A stretch of 64,000 nucleotides of DNA, from NCBI RefSeq assembly GCF_018350175.1, contig NC_058368.1, forward strand, positions 14,324,001 through 14,388,000. The letters run 5' to 3'. A program made the position numbers and the translations under genes. This DNA comes from Felis catus. Its lineage: Eukaryota. Under the pieces are notes generated by a model. That model saw only the letters and a program-made list of their open reading frames with translations, did not search any database and was not told the origin of the DNA. Below are positions 25,640 to 39,460 of this stretch, piece by piece (position 1 is the first letter of the stretch; every line of letters starts with the position of its first letter).

Positions 25640-26330
25640 GCAATTTTATTGAGACATAATTCACGTGCCATACAACTGACCCATTCAAACGGCACAATTT
25701 AATGATTTTTAGTATATTCACAGAGTCATGCAGCCATCATCACAATCTTAGAACACTCCATCACACAAAAAGAAACCTCCACACTCTTTGGCTATTCCAC
25801 CCAATTTCCCATGCCCCCTCTACCGGCCTAGAGGACCAGTAATCTACTTTCTGTCTCCATAGATTTGACTATTCTGGACATCTCGTATAAACATAATTGT
25901 ATAATATGTAGTCTTTTGTGATTAGTTTATTTTACATACCATTATGTTTTCAAGACTCATCCATGTAATAGCATGCATGTCCTTTTTATGGTGAATAATA
26001 TTTCGTTGAATGGATATTTCACATTTTGTTTATCCATTCATTAATTGTTGGACATTTGGTGTGTTTCCACTTTTTGGCTACTGTGATTAACAGTATGAAC
26101 ATTCACATACAACATTTTATGCCAACATGTGTTTTCATTTCTCTTGAGTATATACCTAGGCATGAAATTTCTAGGTCAAATAATAACTCTATCTTTGACT
26201 TTTTGACGACCTGTTAGACTCTTTTCCAAAGTGGCTGCATCATTTTACATTCCTATCACCAGTGTGTGGGGATCAGATTTCTCCACATCTTTACTGCTCA
26301 TTATTATCTGTCTTTTTTATTATAGCCACT
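25640..26330 (-). mobile_element. Old mammalian LINE-1 3' end (L1MB-like)
   Basis: TTTATTGAGACATAATTCAC...TTTAGTATATTCACAGAG...TTGTTTATCCATTCA...TTTTCCAAAGTGGCTGCATCATTTTACATTCC, typical antisense L1M 3' UTR and ORF2 end. Confidence 0.85.
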
Positions 26331-26522
26331 CCTTGAAATTTTGATTATATCACTCTTAAGATACTGATACAATACAAGATGTTTTTGTATATGTTTTCTT
26401 TTTCCTTTTAGATTGCAAATTCCTTAAATATAGTGACCATATCCCATATATCTTTGAACCGGGAAGAAATCTAACACAATTACTTGCACTAAAAATGTTC
26501 CCATTGAAAAAAGTTTATGTAG

Positions 26523-26735
26523 GGGGCGCCTGGGTGGCTCAGTCCATTGAGCGTCTGACTTTGGCTCAGGTCATGATCTCATGGCCTGTGAGTTTGAGCC
26601 CCGCGTAGGGCTCTGTGCTGATAGCTTGGAGCCTGGAGCCTGCTTCAGATTCTATGTCTCCCTCACTCTCTGCCCCTCCCCCACTCATGCTCTGTCTCTA
26701 TCTCAAAAATAAATAAACATTAAAAAATTAAAGAA
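26523..26735 (+). mobile_element. Can-SINE
   Basis: GGGGCGCCTGGGTGGCTCAG head; TSD AAAAAGTTYATGTAGG. Confidence 0.94.
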
Positions 26736-27861
26736 AAGAAAAAGTTCATGTAGGTTGAAATAAGCTAGAGAGCTAGTTTAATAACTATAGGTTATTATCT
26801 AGTTAATTTATACCAAAACCAAAAAAACAATTGAGCTATTAGAATTAAGTGTTTGGGGCTTAAATTATTCAGATCATCTGTTCATACTAATTGAATCATT
26901 CAAATTACTCAACTCATCAGTTGACTTTTTCAGGGTATTATGACTAAACTAATCTTTCTTCCGTTCCAGTTTTTGCTAATTGTATCATTTTAACTAAATG
27001 TCTCTTAAGACTCCCATTTTTAAAGTCAAGATACCACTGTGACTCTTAATCAAAAATTTTTTTTTCTCTATCGCACAGAAAAGATATTCTATAACCAAAG
27101 GATTATATTGTTATTTTGAATACTTAAAAAGAATTAACTAGTATAGAAAACTGGCAACGTGGGAAAAAAGTGTTAGAATATGAAAGTTGGATATTTTTAT
27201 ATGGCTTTTTCAAAGTGATAGATTTTATTATCCTTTACACACACACACAATCACCCCACATACCACACACCAAAGTCCAGAATCCATAACTCAGAAAAAA
27301 ATGCATTATGTAAATTTAAGAATGAAAAAGATATAGAAATGAGGAGAACATCTACTAAAAGAAACAGGATGTAATCAGTAAGAGGTTCTCCTAAATGACA
27401 GTCAGCTTCCCTGCAGGACACCCCCCTTTAATGCCCTAGACAGTTCCCAAGTATGCTTTCACTGATGTTTAGAGGGCAGTACCTTTTTAGACTATTTTTC
27501 TGGTTGTTAATGGGTCAAATTTTTGGTCTGTTTTCTGTTATCTTTATTAATTCATGGTGAATGCAGATATCAAATAATTGGAGGGGAGCTTGCTTAGACT
27601 TTGTTTTAAGGTTGACCATTCCTACCTCCCTAAGTCTCTGTTTTCTTACATTCACACACCAACTGATTTGCTTACTCATTAACATCTATTAAATATTTAG
27701 GAGATAGAACTCTGGGACTCAGAGACTGATAGAAAAAAAATCATCAGAAGGATTAGCACTGCTACCACTACCTCTCAGTAACTTCAGTAACCAGAAAGTT
27801 ACTTCATAAAATATGTCTACCCTAATAAGTGAAAGTAGACAATTCCGATGATCAGATAAGT

Positions 27862-28030
27862 GGGGCGCCTGAGTGGCTCAGTTGGTTAAACATCTGACTC
27901 TTGATTTAGGCTCAGGTCATGATCTCATGGTTCGTGAGTTTGAGCTCCACATCAGCCTCTGGGTTGACAGCTTGGAGCCTGCTGGAGATTCTCTCTCTCC
28001 CTCTCTCTCTCAAAATAAACATTTTTTTAA
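27862..28030 (+). mobile_element. Can-SINE
   Basis: GGGGCGCCTGAGTGGCTCAG head; GATGATCAGATA on both sides. Confidence 0.92.
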
Positions 28031-30859
28031 GATGATCAGATAGATACTGTAGACCTTCCAGTGTTCTAACTTGGAATGTCCAGATACCAGAGGCAAAAGT
28101 TGTTTATATATACATTGAACGTTACCTAAAAACTGAGCTAAGAAAGGTGGATAAAGCAAAATATACAACATACAAGGAGGACAAACTCAAGATTATAGAA
28201 AAATATAATAAAAATACAGGAACAACAGGAACTTGAAAAGCTAAGAGTTTTTCAGAGAAATGTTATTTAAAAAGAAAAAAGTTTGAACCTAAACACAGAA
28301 AAGTTTTATTATAATTGTTTAATGGAATAAGAGAATACATACTACAGAAGGAACAGGTTCAGTGTTAAACAGATAAACTCATGCCATATCTGCTTAAGCC
28401 TAACTACTCCATGCAATCCAGTTCAAATATGGTTAATGCACAGTATTTCCCTAACAAAACTAGTATTTTTTGCAAGATTTCTCCATATTTATTTTATGTA
28501 GTTTTAGTTACAGAGTCAAACTAGAATTGAATCGATCTGATACTTGTATTTAGGGGGAAAATGCCTTGGAAACATTCTGGATTCTCTAAGATGCATTTTG
28601 CTCAGTATTTTCCCCTTAATTTTTAAGCCCATGTGTATTTCAAGGGAAATTTAATCCATATGTCCCTGACTCACTCACACTTAACTCATCAAAATATTGT
28701 TTAGTAAAAGCATTTGATGTTGAAAAAGCCTTATGAGTCTTTATAAGTCTTTTTTCTCTCTCTTTGAATTAGGAAGTTGCTTTGCTAGTCATAAATAGTA
28801 TACCCAAAGGGTTCACATTCAGCTTCAAACACAGAATTCACAGAGCTCTTGGACACAACATTAACACATGCCCATTGCCTACAAAAGCTAAAATATTTAA
28901 ACTCCTAACTCAATTTTTTGATTCGGTTAAAGAATTGTAAAAATAAATAAAAGCTTTACCTTGACTACCTAGCCTTTCTACTCTCTCCTCATTATTTTTG
29001 CAATGTCTACAGGGCCATTTTAGAGTCTACAACATTTTGCTATAATCCATATTTTGTTGTTTCCAAAAATGTATGTCTCCTTCCAGCATGTAGTCTATAA
29101 AAATGCTTTTAAGGTACTCTTAATTATAACACAACCTGCTAGCCCAACTATGTCAATTTAAAATATAATAAAAAGACAAATTCAACTGTTATTTAGTAGT
29201 TCACCAGCCATGATTCAAATAGTATATAGCATTTTTCCATCTTTTCTTAAGAAACCATCCTTTGTTATGCTGCAAGTGTTCCACAAACCACAACAATGCC
29301 TATTCTTCCTAATACAGTTCTAGTTGAAACCTATTTTTATTTTTTTACTTATTTCTCTGTACAGAGACTTTCCCATAAAGTAATTCCTCTACAGACTTAT
29401 AATTATATTTATTCCCAACCTGAAAAGCAGAGGTGACAAAGAACTGAACTAACTTATCAGTAGACCAGATCTCTCCTACATGTAGGGGACTAAACTCTCC
29501 TATGCTGTGTTTTTTAAAAAGTACGTGAATGAGTATGTTAATCACCTACTGGAAATATATGGGTCATCTTGTCTGTCACACTTGGAGGAATAAACAAACA
29601 AACAAAAAAAGTTCCTACTGCCAAACTGTGGATGTCAGCAACTTGCAGAAGAAGAGATGAGTATTCATCATCGCATATTGCCACACCAGTGAGGACTCCG
29701 GTGGTCTCTCCAAAAGAATTTAGCACTAATACAAACATTATATAAAAACTGATCTTGCCACTGCATTTAAAGCCGTAATATACAAAAGGACAAGTAAGTT
29801 TTTCTGCAGAGCGAAAATATTTTATTTATTTGATTATTTTATTTCCATGGCTTGGTGTTATAGAGCCAGAGGAATATCCTGCAGAAGGTACTTAAGGACA
29901 AGTATTTACATGGCGGTCAATTTGTAAGTTGTTATCACAGTAGAAGCTGCTCCATCAGTTCACATCATCAGCCCAATAAATACAAGTGTAGAACTTTTCC
30001 AGCAAAAAGGAAGGGAAAGTCAGACTGAGTTGCCTGTCTAAATATTGTTTTTTGTATTGTATCTTTTTCCAGTTAAAATGTTTAGGCATTTACTTGATCA
30101 GAAGATGACTGATTGCAATGTTTTATGCTTTTTTAATTCAAAAGTTCTGTTGAATTTTTCCTTCATTTAGGTCACTAACAAACAAAACTGCTTAGTTGTA
30201 GCCTTATTACAGTTCAATTGTATACAAAACAGGATTGTTAAGAACCAGGTATCACAAAAACTTTCTTAAAAAATCTTCTATCTGAGGTTGAGCTAGAAGG
30301 AGTCTCAATTCACCAACCAGTTTTCTGGGGAGAAAAATGAGCTTGATAGGTAGTAAAGAGGTATGTGTGGATGAGCACATGAAGCTGGGAGACATAGTTA
30401 AAATTTATTGAAAGAAAAAAAATACCATAGGCAGTAACTTTCAATTCTGAATTAGGTAGCATAGTTCATTTTAGGGTGTAGACATTAGGGGTTCAGACAT
30501 TGGGGTATTTACTCATGATCACATTACAAGCAAAGAGATAAGGTGAGATTTAAACCCATTTTTCTTCCTCTGTTAAAGCCCTTGTTCATTTCACTATTCC
30601 ATTATATATAAACCAGTGTTTGCTTGGTTTTTAATTCTAAGTTGTAACCCATTGTGGGTAAGCAAATCAACTATGTGGATTATTACCCACATTATTTGTA
30701 AATAAAATAAAATAAAAGAGAAAATAATAAATTCAAATACCAAACTTCAAAATTCATCACACATAGTAAAGATAAGAACTGGAAGGACTTGCTGGGTCCT
30801 TATTCTCTGATGCCAGATCCCAACTTGATTGAGGTTGGATGTGGTTATCCAAGCAAGAC

Positions 30860-31900
30860 AATTATCAATATTGAATATCTACTATATGCATGATATTATG
30901 GTGGGTGCTTGGAGTAAAAAGACACATACGATTAAAGTTTCTGCTTCCAAGGAGGTTATAGTCTAGAGGAAACATACACAATGAAAAACAGCAGCAACCT
31001 AGATATACAAAGGGAACAACAATAACACAAAACAGGACCCTTGACTACCACGCAGATTCTGGAAGGCCTTCCTAGAATAGGTGTTTCCTGTATTGAGTCC
31101 AGAAACGTAAGTAAAGGATTTCAAAAGATTTAAAGCGTTGTTATTGCAGACAGTGGAAACAATTATATACTAAAATATCACCCTCCCTGTGAAACTACAG
31201 TAGTTCTAAATTATTCAGGTAAATGTATGAGGCAGGGAGTTTGTGAAGTTGAGACTAACAAGCTCCTGGGGGAACGTTATGTGCCATGAGGACCCTGGAT
31301 TGTTATCCTGAAGGCCACAATGAGACAGTGAAGGATTTTAAGCATGGAAATGATAAGATCCAATTTAAAAAATTTGAAAGAAATCACTCAGGCCACTGGG
31401 TAGCTTATGGTTTTAGGATGCCGAAACTTGAGGTAAAGGGCTGTTGTTCGAAGTAGAGGCAGTGAGAGCCTGAACCGAGTTTAAACTGGTAGTGGCAGAA
31501 AAGGGAAGGGGACACTTAAAAAAAACACTTAGAAGGTAATATGTCAGGGACTGCGATAATGGGCTGGTTGTGAGGAGTAAGAACGAGGGGCACCTGGCCT
31601 AGGAGAGGGAATGATCTAGGAATTATTAAATGTTTTTGGGAATGCGAAGATGCAAGGTTTTAGGGGAGAGGAGAATGACGATGATTGGTTTAGCTTGGTC
31701 AGATGGCTATCTGACATTTTCAAACGGTTGTCAAGGTTTGGAATTTGAGAGCCAGTGTTGGACATAGAGTTTATAATTAAAACACTGAAATCGCCCAAGG
31801 AAAGTGAGAATACATATGGAGAAGAGCAGCGGGCCAAAGTCAGAACCCACCAAGGATACTAACAAGGAAGTCAGGCACTAAGAGAACAATAAAGAACAGT
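30860..31900 (-). mobile_element. Degraded L2 fragments
   Basis: Purine-rich antisense L2-like tracts (GAAGGATTTTAAGCATGGAAATGATAAGATC; TTCTGCTTCCAAGGAGGTTATAGTCTAG). Confidence 0.5.
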
Positions 31901-32954
31901 ATGCTCTAGAAGTCAAAGAACTCTCCTCTTGTTCAACATTTTTCACACTGATATTCCTTAGGACACAAGTATTTTGAAATATGCTAATGAGGGGGGAGTA
32001 TCGCTAAATGTGTTTGGAAAACACTGGGTTTAAATATACAATGTTATGCAGGGTTTTTTTGGACTGATGGATAGATTTTCTGAGCTTTTAACACATGAAT
32101 TCACATGTGCTCCTCTGCCACTGTGGCCTAAGTAGAGGATAAAAGTGCAGGCAAAAGGAGTGAACAGGGATGGAGAACTAAGAGGGAGAAGCTGATGTGT
32201 AGAAACTTAACAAAGGAGGGCAGGGACAAAGATAAGACAGATGCTAGAGGGGGCAGGGAGGGTAGGACCAAACCCCAGGTAGAGTGAGTAACTGGTTTGA
32301 ACAGGATGAAAGATACGTTTTCTGAAACTGGGGGTAAAAAGAGAGAGAGAAAGATAATGACAAATGCAGAGGCAGAAAAGTCTCAGATGGAGGAAGGCAT
32401 CAAGATAAATGACAAATTTTCATTTTTCTCCAAAATATGAATACTTCATTTATTACCAAAGCAGGATGGACAGATGTTCATAGTGAATTTTCTAGGAAGG
32501 AGCCATATATCTAATCATCTTCTCAACAAGATGTGTGACCACAAAAAAAGGATAAACACCACCGTGCCACACTGTAATATTTGAGCTTTAATCATTGATT
32601 CCTTAACCTGAAACATCTCACATTCACAACTTGGTATGTGTTTTCAGTTTCACATCATACTGTCCCTCCCCCTTCACACGTCCTAATCACTGGCCAGTCT
32701 TACTTCTCCTGTACACATACTGCAGCTGTGTGTTTGTTCAAACTCTTCTGCTCTGCTTACAATGCTCTTCCCCCTCGTATCCATCTGTCCACATCCTACC
32801 CATCCATTACAGCTCACTTCAAATACCATTGTCATCATCCTGTCCCAATTACAGCTATCCCCCAAAAAAGGCTGGGTGGAAACCATCACGGTTCAGTGAA
32901 TGTCTATGGAATTTTTTTTTTCTGTCCCTTCCTTGTTGGGAGGCATGTATACAT

Positions 32955-33165
32955 AACAGCCCTGACTTTGAAGTCAGATAACCAGGGCAGAATCTTGTCT
33001 CTACCATTTACTAGTTGTATGACCTTCCCTAAATTACTTCACCACTTCGTCTCATTTTCTATCTGTGAAATGGACACAATAGCAGTTCCTGTATATCATA
33101 GGTTTGTTGTTATGAGGAACGAATGAGATCAGTTCATGTAAAGTGCTTTAACAATGCTTAGATAG
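32955..33165 (+). mobile_element. MIR SINE
   Basis: TTTACTAGTTGTATGACCTT...CTCATTTTCTATCTGTGAAATGG...GTAAAGTGCTT resembles the MIR core. Confidence 0.75.
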
Positions 33166-34644
33166 CTTTTCTCCTTTATGTCATTACCGCGTGTATATAT
33201 TCCTTACCTCTACGATGTACTATAAGCTCTCGAGTAAAATTCATTTCTCATACTTTAGTCTGTGCTCTCTTAGTACCCAAAACAGTGAATAATTTTTGTT
33301 GACCACATGAATGAATGAATGGATGCTGAGTTAAGTATGTTTCTCTAAGCATTTAAATTATAAGGAGGGAACAACTTAGTAGGAAAACTATGGCAGTTAT
33401 AACATTATGCCATTTAAAAAAAATAATAGTATACATGTGACATAGCTACAATGACCAATTACATTATAACCCTTGTTGGTTTTCAGCATATCTTTTACTT
33501 ATGTTTTCTCTAAAATGCAGTGTCTTTCATATTTTTAAAGCACAACTTGAAATGAATTCCAGAAAAATGTAAAGGGTGTGATCTGTTAATGTAAGTGTCT
33601 TTTTACTAGTACATCCACATGCAATAATGGTGCATTTCTTTTTCTGTTTTCAATTCCATAAAGATATATTGCATACCATGCAACAGCCACTGTGTTAGAG
33701 GAAGAAGGTAACACCCTTTTCTTTAAGTAGCTTATGCCAAATGGGAGGATAGACGTTTAAACACATATATGAAATATATTATAAGGCTGCAGTAAACGTG
33801 CACCCATGAAGGCTAGGCCCTTACTCCACCCAAGGGTACAAAGACTTGGTCCTCCTGGTCCAATAGATTTAAATCATCTCCTCTGGTTTATTCACTCATC
33901 TAGTCCAGTAGGAATTTACTCTTCTCAATCATTAAATGATATCCTCGTGCCATAAAAGAGTCACTACGCTTCCAGAAAGTAAAAAATGTATTCCATATGT
34001 TGAACTAAATGTGATATAACTAGAAACACAAATCTCATCTGGATCACCTAGTGAATCAAAAGACAGAACAAATGAGCACAATGAACATTAAAACGATCAC
34101 TGTTTCTTAGTAAATTTTTGTGCTAAAAATAACTCAGTTAAAATTTACTTAGCATATATATGCTTTATAAGTTTTTTTTCCTATAAAATTACTCATTGCC
34201 TTTGTGGAAAATGCACGGGTTTTTGTTGACTTATTTTTTATAGAAAAAATTATCTGTTCTACAAATATATTGGAAAACCTAAATGGTAGGTTAAAATTAG
34301 AGCCTGTCAGATTATCTCTTGGTACATTTAAAAATTATTTATTATAAACATGCTAAATATGATGATGCTAGATAATATTAGTGCAGGAATAGGTGTTCTA
34401 CCATGATGAACAAATATTTTGTTAAAATGCAGTTTTCTATTGCTCTTATATAGAGCGCTCCATTCTTTCTGTTTCCATTTCAGACTGTGTTGAGTTTTAC
34501 CACAGGTAACTTTACTCAGATCTGAAGACCCTGAAGTGGTTCTTAAACACGTGTATAATTTTGTACAATAATAATCTAAGGAAACCAGTGTATTATGGGG
34601 ATGGTTGGTTATTGTCCATCTCAATCTAAAAATAGATTACGTTT

Positions 34645-35067
34645 GGGGCACCTGGGTGGCTCAGTTGGTTAAGTATCTGACTTCGGCTCAGGTCATGATC
34701 CCATAGTCCGTGAGTTCGAGCCCCATGTCGGGCTCTGTGCTGTCAGTTCAGAGCCTGGAGCCTGCATCGGATTCTGTGTCTGCCTCTCTCTCTCTCTGCC
34801 CCTCCCCACTCACGCTCTGTGTCTCTCTGTCTCTCAAAAATAAATAAATGTTAAAAAAAATTTTTTTTAATAAAAATAGATTACATTTGGGGCACCAGGG
34901 TGGCTCAGTTGGTTGAGCATCCAACTCCAGATTTCAGCTCAGGTCATGATCTCACTATTGGTTCAGTAGATCCCTTCTTAAAGCTCTGTGCTATCAGCAT
35001 GGAGTCTGCTTGGGATTTTCTCTGTCCCTCTTTCTCTGACCCTCCTCTACTCATGTGTCTATGTGTG

Positions 35068-35122
<55 letters not shown>

Positions 35123-35159
35123 CCTTTCTCAAATAAATAAACTTAAAAATATGTATAAA
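34645..35159 (+). mobile_element. Two head-to-tail Can-SINEs (starting 34645 and 34889)
   Basis: Two GGGGCACC heads, each preceded by TAAAAATAGATTACRTTT. Confidence 0.93.
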
Positions 35160-35264
35160 TAAAGGCAGATTATGTTCAAGAAGTCACCAAAGAGCTTAAG
35201 AAGCTACTTCTTGGACACAGTGAGCTTTGTAAAAAATTCAGGTTTATAGAGTGTTTGTAATCAA

Positions 35265-35266
<2 letters not shown>

Positions 35267-35317
<51 letters not shown>
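35267..35317 (+). repeat. (GT)n(GC)n microsatellite, potential Z-DNA
   Basis: Read directly. Confidence 0.95.
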
Positions 35318-35320
<3 letters not shown>

Positions 35321-36439
35321 TTGGGAGGGAAGGAGGGAGAGAATAATGCTGGAAGTTAAATTCATAACTCTTGCGATGTGTATTCCATTAGTTGTTCACA
35401 TTATATTTTTTTTTGATTCAAGCATAAACATTTTATAACTATTTTCCTGCAAGAAGTTTTTGAAAGCTTCAGAGGATTATTATTCTGAAATTATATTTGG
35501 ACCACTATCAATATTTTCTGTACATAAAGAAAAGAGTCACTGTCTAGAGACTTTGTTACTATCCTATCTTTTTTCTTGGGGAATTTCAAATGCTAGAAAT
35601 CAGGGAACTATCCTGGCTAATAGAAATCTCAGATCTTAACATTTCCTCTTAACTCCCTCTCCCCCAGGCACATACACAAACACCTCCATTTTCTTTATGC
35701 CTAAAGCTTTCCTAAGATTTCAAAACAAAGTCCCAGCTCTCTTATATTCTTCATTAGTTCCTTTTAAGTTGTTTTGAGATTAAAGCATGTTATTCTTTGA
35801 ATTCTATGGGGGAAATGTTTTCTTTAAATTGATATTGCCATACTTAAAGTAATAGAAGTCCATTGCAGGTAGATACTTTACATGTGTTCAGCTACTCACT
35901 CTAGGAGTTTTTCCTACAAATTGTATCATATTATAGAAGAAATTGTAAAGATTACTTCCATATTAAAATTTTATCTTAATTGTTTTTGGAATGATACCTT
36001 CTTCCACTAAACAAAGGATTTCAGATTAGTTCTTTTTCTTCTAAGTAATGTCAGGATTTTAAGTTTAATGATTTTATAAAGATTAGTCAATGTTTATTAT
36101 CCCTCAAATAATTATCTTCTGCATGCTCCTAGAGCAAACTGAATATGTAGTTTTAAAGTAATTGAGGTTGAAGAAAATCTATCTAGTTAATAAAACTTTT
36201 ATTAATATTAAACTAAGTTTAGAAAGTATTCAAGTGATACTAAAATTCATTGTAACTTCATGTACACTAAATATAGGTTTGGCCAGTTGAAATTCATCAA
36301 ATAATTATAATGATGCCAATTTTCATTCAACTTCAGCTCTTTGTCCCTATATAGTCTTCGTTGTACTTTATATTGAAACTTGTAAGGAATCTTAGCCTTG
36401 TTTGAAAAATTAATTGCCATAGTTGCCTGTTAATGCCTG

Positions 36440-37057
36440 TTAGTATGTTACTGACACCCCTAAAAATGACTAATTCCTGTATGTGAGAAAAAGAAAAGCA
36501 GCCCTTGACCTCTGGAAACTTGCCTGACCCTCATGAGGAAGCCCAGTATTGTCAGGAGCTAGTATGGAGCTCATAGCTAGGCCCTGGTGTTTTCTTATTG
36601 GTCATAAACAATCTCACAGAACACCAGCATCAGACAAGAACTCATGATGATGATGTGAGGCAAAAAATAACTTTATAATTTTGTGCAAGCATTGACAAAA
36701 GCAAGGTCACTCTGCATACCACCTAAATACCAAACATTCCCCCGCCCATCTCCTGGTTTATATGGGGGACTGCTGCTTCTTTGCTAATTATAGCTTTAGC
36801 CTAGATCTTGCCCTCCATCCCTCTAGATAAGATTTATTAAGACCCATAATCACAGAATTATCCCTGCTTCCCGACAGAGCCCAACTCAGAGCAAAGCCAA
36901 GCTCCTTGAACTCTTCTCAGAATCACTTAACCAAAGCCCATATCCTACAAAGTCCCTTATGAAGTTGCCCGTTTCTCCCTCATTGCACTGAGCAGTAAAC
37001 CCGACTTCTTCAGCTACACATGTGTTCCTGGCGGTCTTTGACAAGAGGGTATTGACA
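36440..37057 (+). mobile_element. Solo LTR, ERVL class (MER21/MER68/MER77-like); left edge approximate
   Basis: CTAGATAAGATTTATTAAGAC...CAGAGCAAAGCC...AGTAAACCC...TGTGTTCCTGGCGGTCTTTG...ATTGACA 3' terminus resembles recalled LTR consensus. Confidence 0.7.
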
Positions 37058-38749
37058 CATCCATAGCCCCCAAAACTGTCAATATTGAACTAGTAGTTAA
37101 GTAAAAATGATGTAAAAGAACCTTGTACACTGTAAAGCTTTATTAGAAAGTTGATGTATTATTAAGATTTCCAGACTTGGAATTTTGTTTTCAGTGGAAT
37201 CATCCAAACCCACAAGTATTTTTTAACATTCTACTTTTTAAATATATTTGATGAATAGTTCCCTTTCCAAATATAAAACATGTGTATTTTCTACTCTAGG
37301 TTCACCATCTCAACTGATTAAAGATGGTGTAACTCTCAAGAGAAGTTCATTCATTTAAAGATTCTTTTCATTATGCTTGGGTGATCTTTGTTCTAGTTCA
37401 GATTTTAAATTAGCATTGAAATGAATGTCAAGTAGTATCCCTATCCTTTCAGAAACAGTGATGGATCAATATTTCTTAAACATTACCTGCCAACTCTAAA
37501 AGCAAATAACACTTATTGTTGCTTTCGTCAGGACTTCAGATGGTGGCGTTTTAAACTGCTGTGTTCTACACATCAGTATGGGGGAGGAGGTTCTGACCCC
37601 CCACCCATCTGTTTAATGGCCATCACTAGACTTCAGTAGGTGCTAAGAACATTATTGTGACATATCCTTTATTGCCATAATAGTGGTTGGAATGGATATA
37701 CCTACATTCAGTCCGGAACTCACCACACCAAGCAAAGTTGGGAGGTTGAATTTGTACCCAGTCATCTTCCAGGACAGAGTCTGCAAGATCGCCATCTTTC
37801 TGGGATCCACAGATGCTGCCCTCTTTAAACTGTTTTTATTTGAAAAGGGATCCCAGGTTTTCACATGGAAAATCTCCCACATGGAAGATCTGGTTTGTGA
37901 TGGTGCCTTATGTAAACATTTTAATATCAGATCCCTAAAATCCAGAGGCTCCCCCAAAAGGGATTAAAACATAATCCCCTCTCTCTATTGCTGTAGTGGA
38001 TTAACTGTATTCTCTCTGCGGCTGGTTTGCTCCCTGAAGGCTGCAACAAAAAGACTCGGTGCTCCTTAAACATGCTATGGAATTGGAAGTTGTAATTGGA
38101 GATTTCCAAAGGACAGGGGTAAAAATGACACACTATTAAGGCTGAATGTTTCATGACGCCTCTTTCTGAAAGAAGAACCAGTTCGAAGTCCTTTTATAAG
38201 CCCCCAGAAAAATCTCAGTTCAATAGAATCAGATTGGAGTAAAAGCAGAGGCAAGCGCAGTGTCCTTTCAGAAACGCAGAGAATCCAGTAGAGAGAATGT
38301 GTTCCCTGTGAAAAGTTCACGGAGACGTGTACTTAGAATCCGTAATATATTTCAGTAAATCACTGTATATGGTTTTGATAATGTGTTTCGTGATTTTTTT
38401 TCAATTTCTCCCAATTTAATTGCTTGAATATGTTAAATTACTCTTTAAGAAAAAGGAATAGTTCGCCATTTTAAATGTTTTTGACCATTCTTCGTCTCCA
38501 AATGCCAGAAACCTCTATTAAACCAGAAGTCACTAGCCTTCGCTGTATATATAGCATGACGACTTTTGTAAGGTTTTAGCAAGGCCCAACGATGTATAAG
38601 AAGGCACTGTTTTCAATGTCAGTCACATCACCTTCTTTCTCACCTCGCCCCAGTCGAGAGTAAGCCTCCAGTCAAGATCTCTCCAGAAAGGAAATAGGAA
38701 AAGTGGCATCCACTGGAGCGTCCTGGTGGCTCAAGGGTTAAGGGAGCGG

Positions 38750-39460
38750 TTCGAACCGGCCCGAGCGTTGGGGGATTCCGAGGAGGACGCGGGAGGCAGG
38801 AGGCGCCGCGGAGCGCGCGCACAGACCCTCCAATAAACACAAAGGAGGGCCTGGGGAATAGAAACCCAAATCCACTTGTAATCGTACAAGAGATTCGGGC
38901 ATAATTACTTGAGCAACCTAGATTAAGATTGATGAGCCTTTAAAGTGGCGCTTCAGATCGACCGCCTCGCCCTTTGGAAAGAAAAACCTTGTGCAGCCGA
39001 GATGGACCCCGACTCCGCTTGGCTACGCGGCGGGAACTGGCGGCCCGGGACCCAGGCCGGGAGTGCGCGCGCCCCGGGGCCGGGCCCCCCGGTGCGGGCT
39101 CGGGGGGTACCGAGGGCAATAAACTAACCGAAAGGGCTTCGCGTTAGTGTGACCCAGGCGGTCAGCTCGGGGGTGAAGGCTGACACTGACGCAGTTGGCT
39201 TCCTGTCCACCCGGTTAGGCGCGACCGAAGCCGGCCGAGAGCCCTCTCCGTGCCTCCCGCGGCAGAAACGGCCCGGCTTTGTGCAGGACGGTAGCGGCCT
39301 CGGGGCGCACGCCTCCCTGGGAACGTGAACTTCCCCGCAGTCCCCGGGCCCCGCCGGGTCGGGCCTGCCAGCGGTGGCCTCGGCGGTGGCGGCGCGAGCC
39401 GGTCTCACCGCGAGGAGCCGCCGCCGAGGGGCCCGAGCCCGAGCGGCCGCAGGGGACCTG
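38750..39460. promoter_or_regulatory. Intronic CpG island, about 1 kb upstream of NBEA exon 40527 and downstream of the MAB21L1 3' end
   Basis: Abrupt GC-rich, CpG-dense block (gcgcgcgc, ccgccg, GCGGCCGC) in AT-rich intron. Confidence 0.85.
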
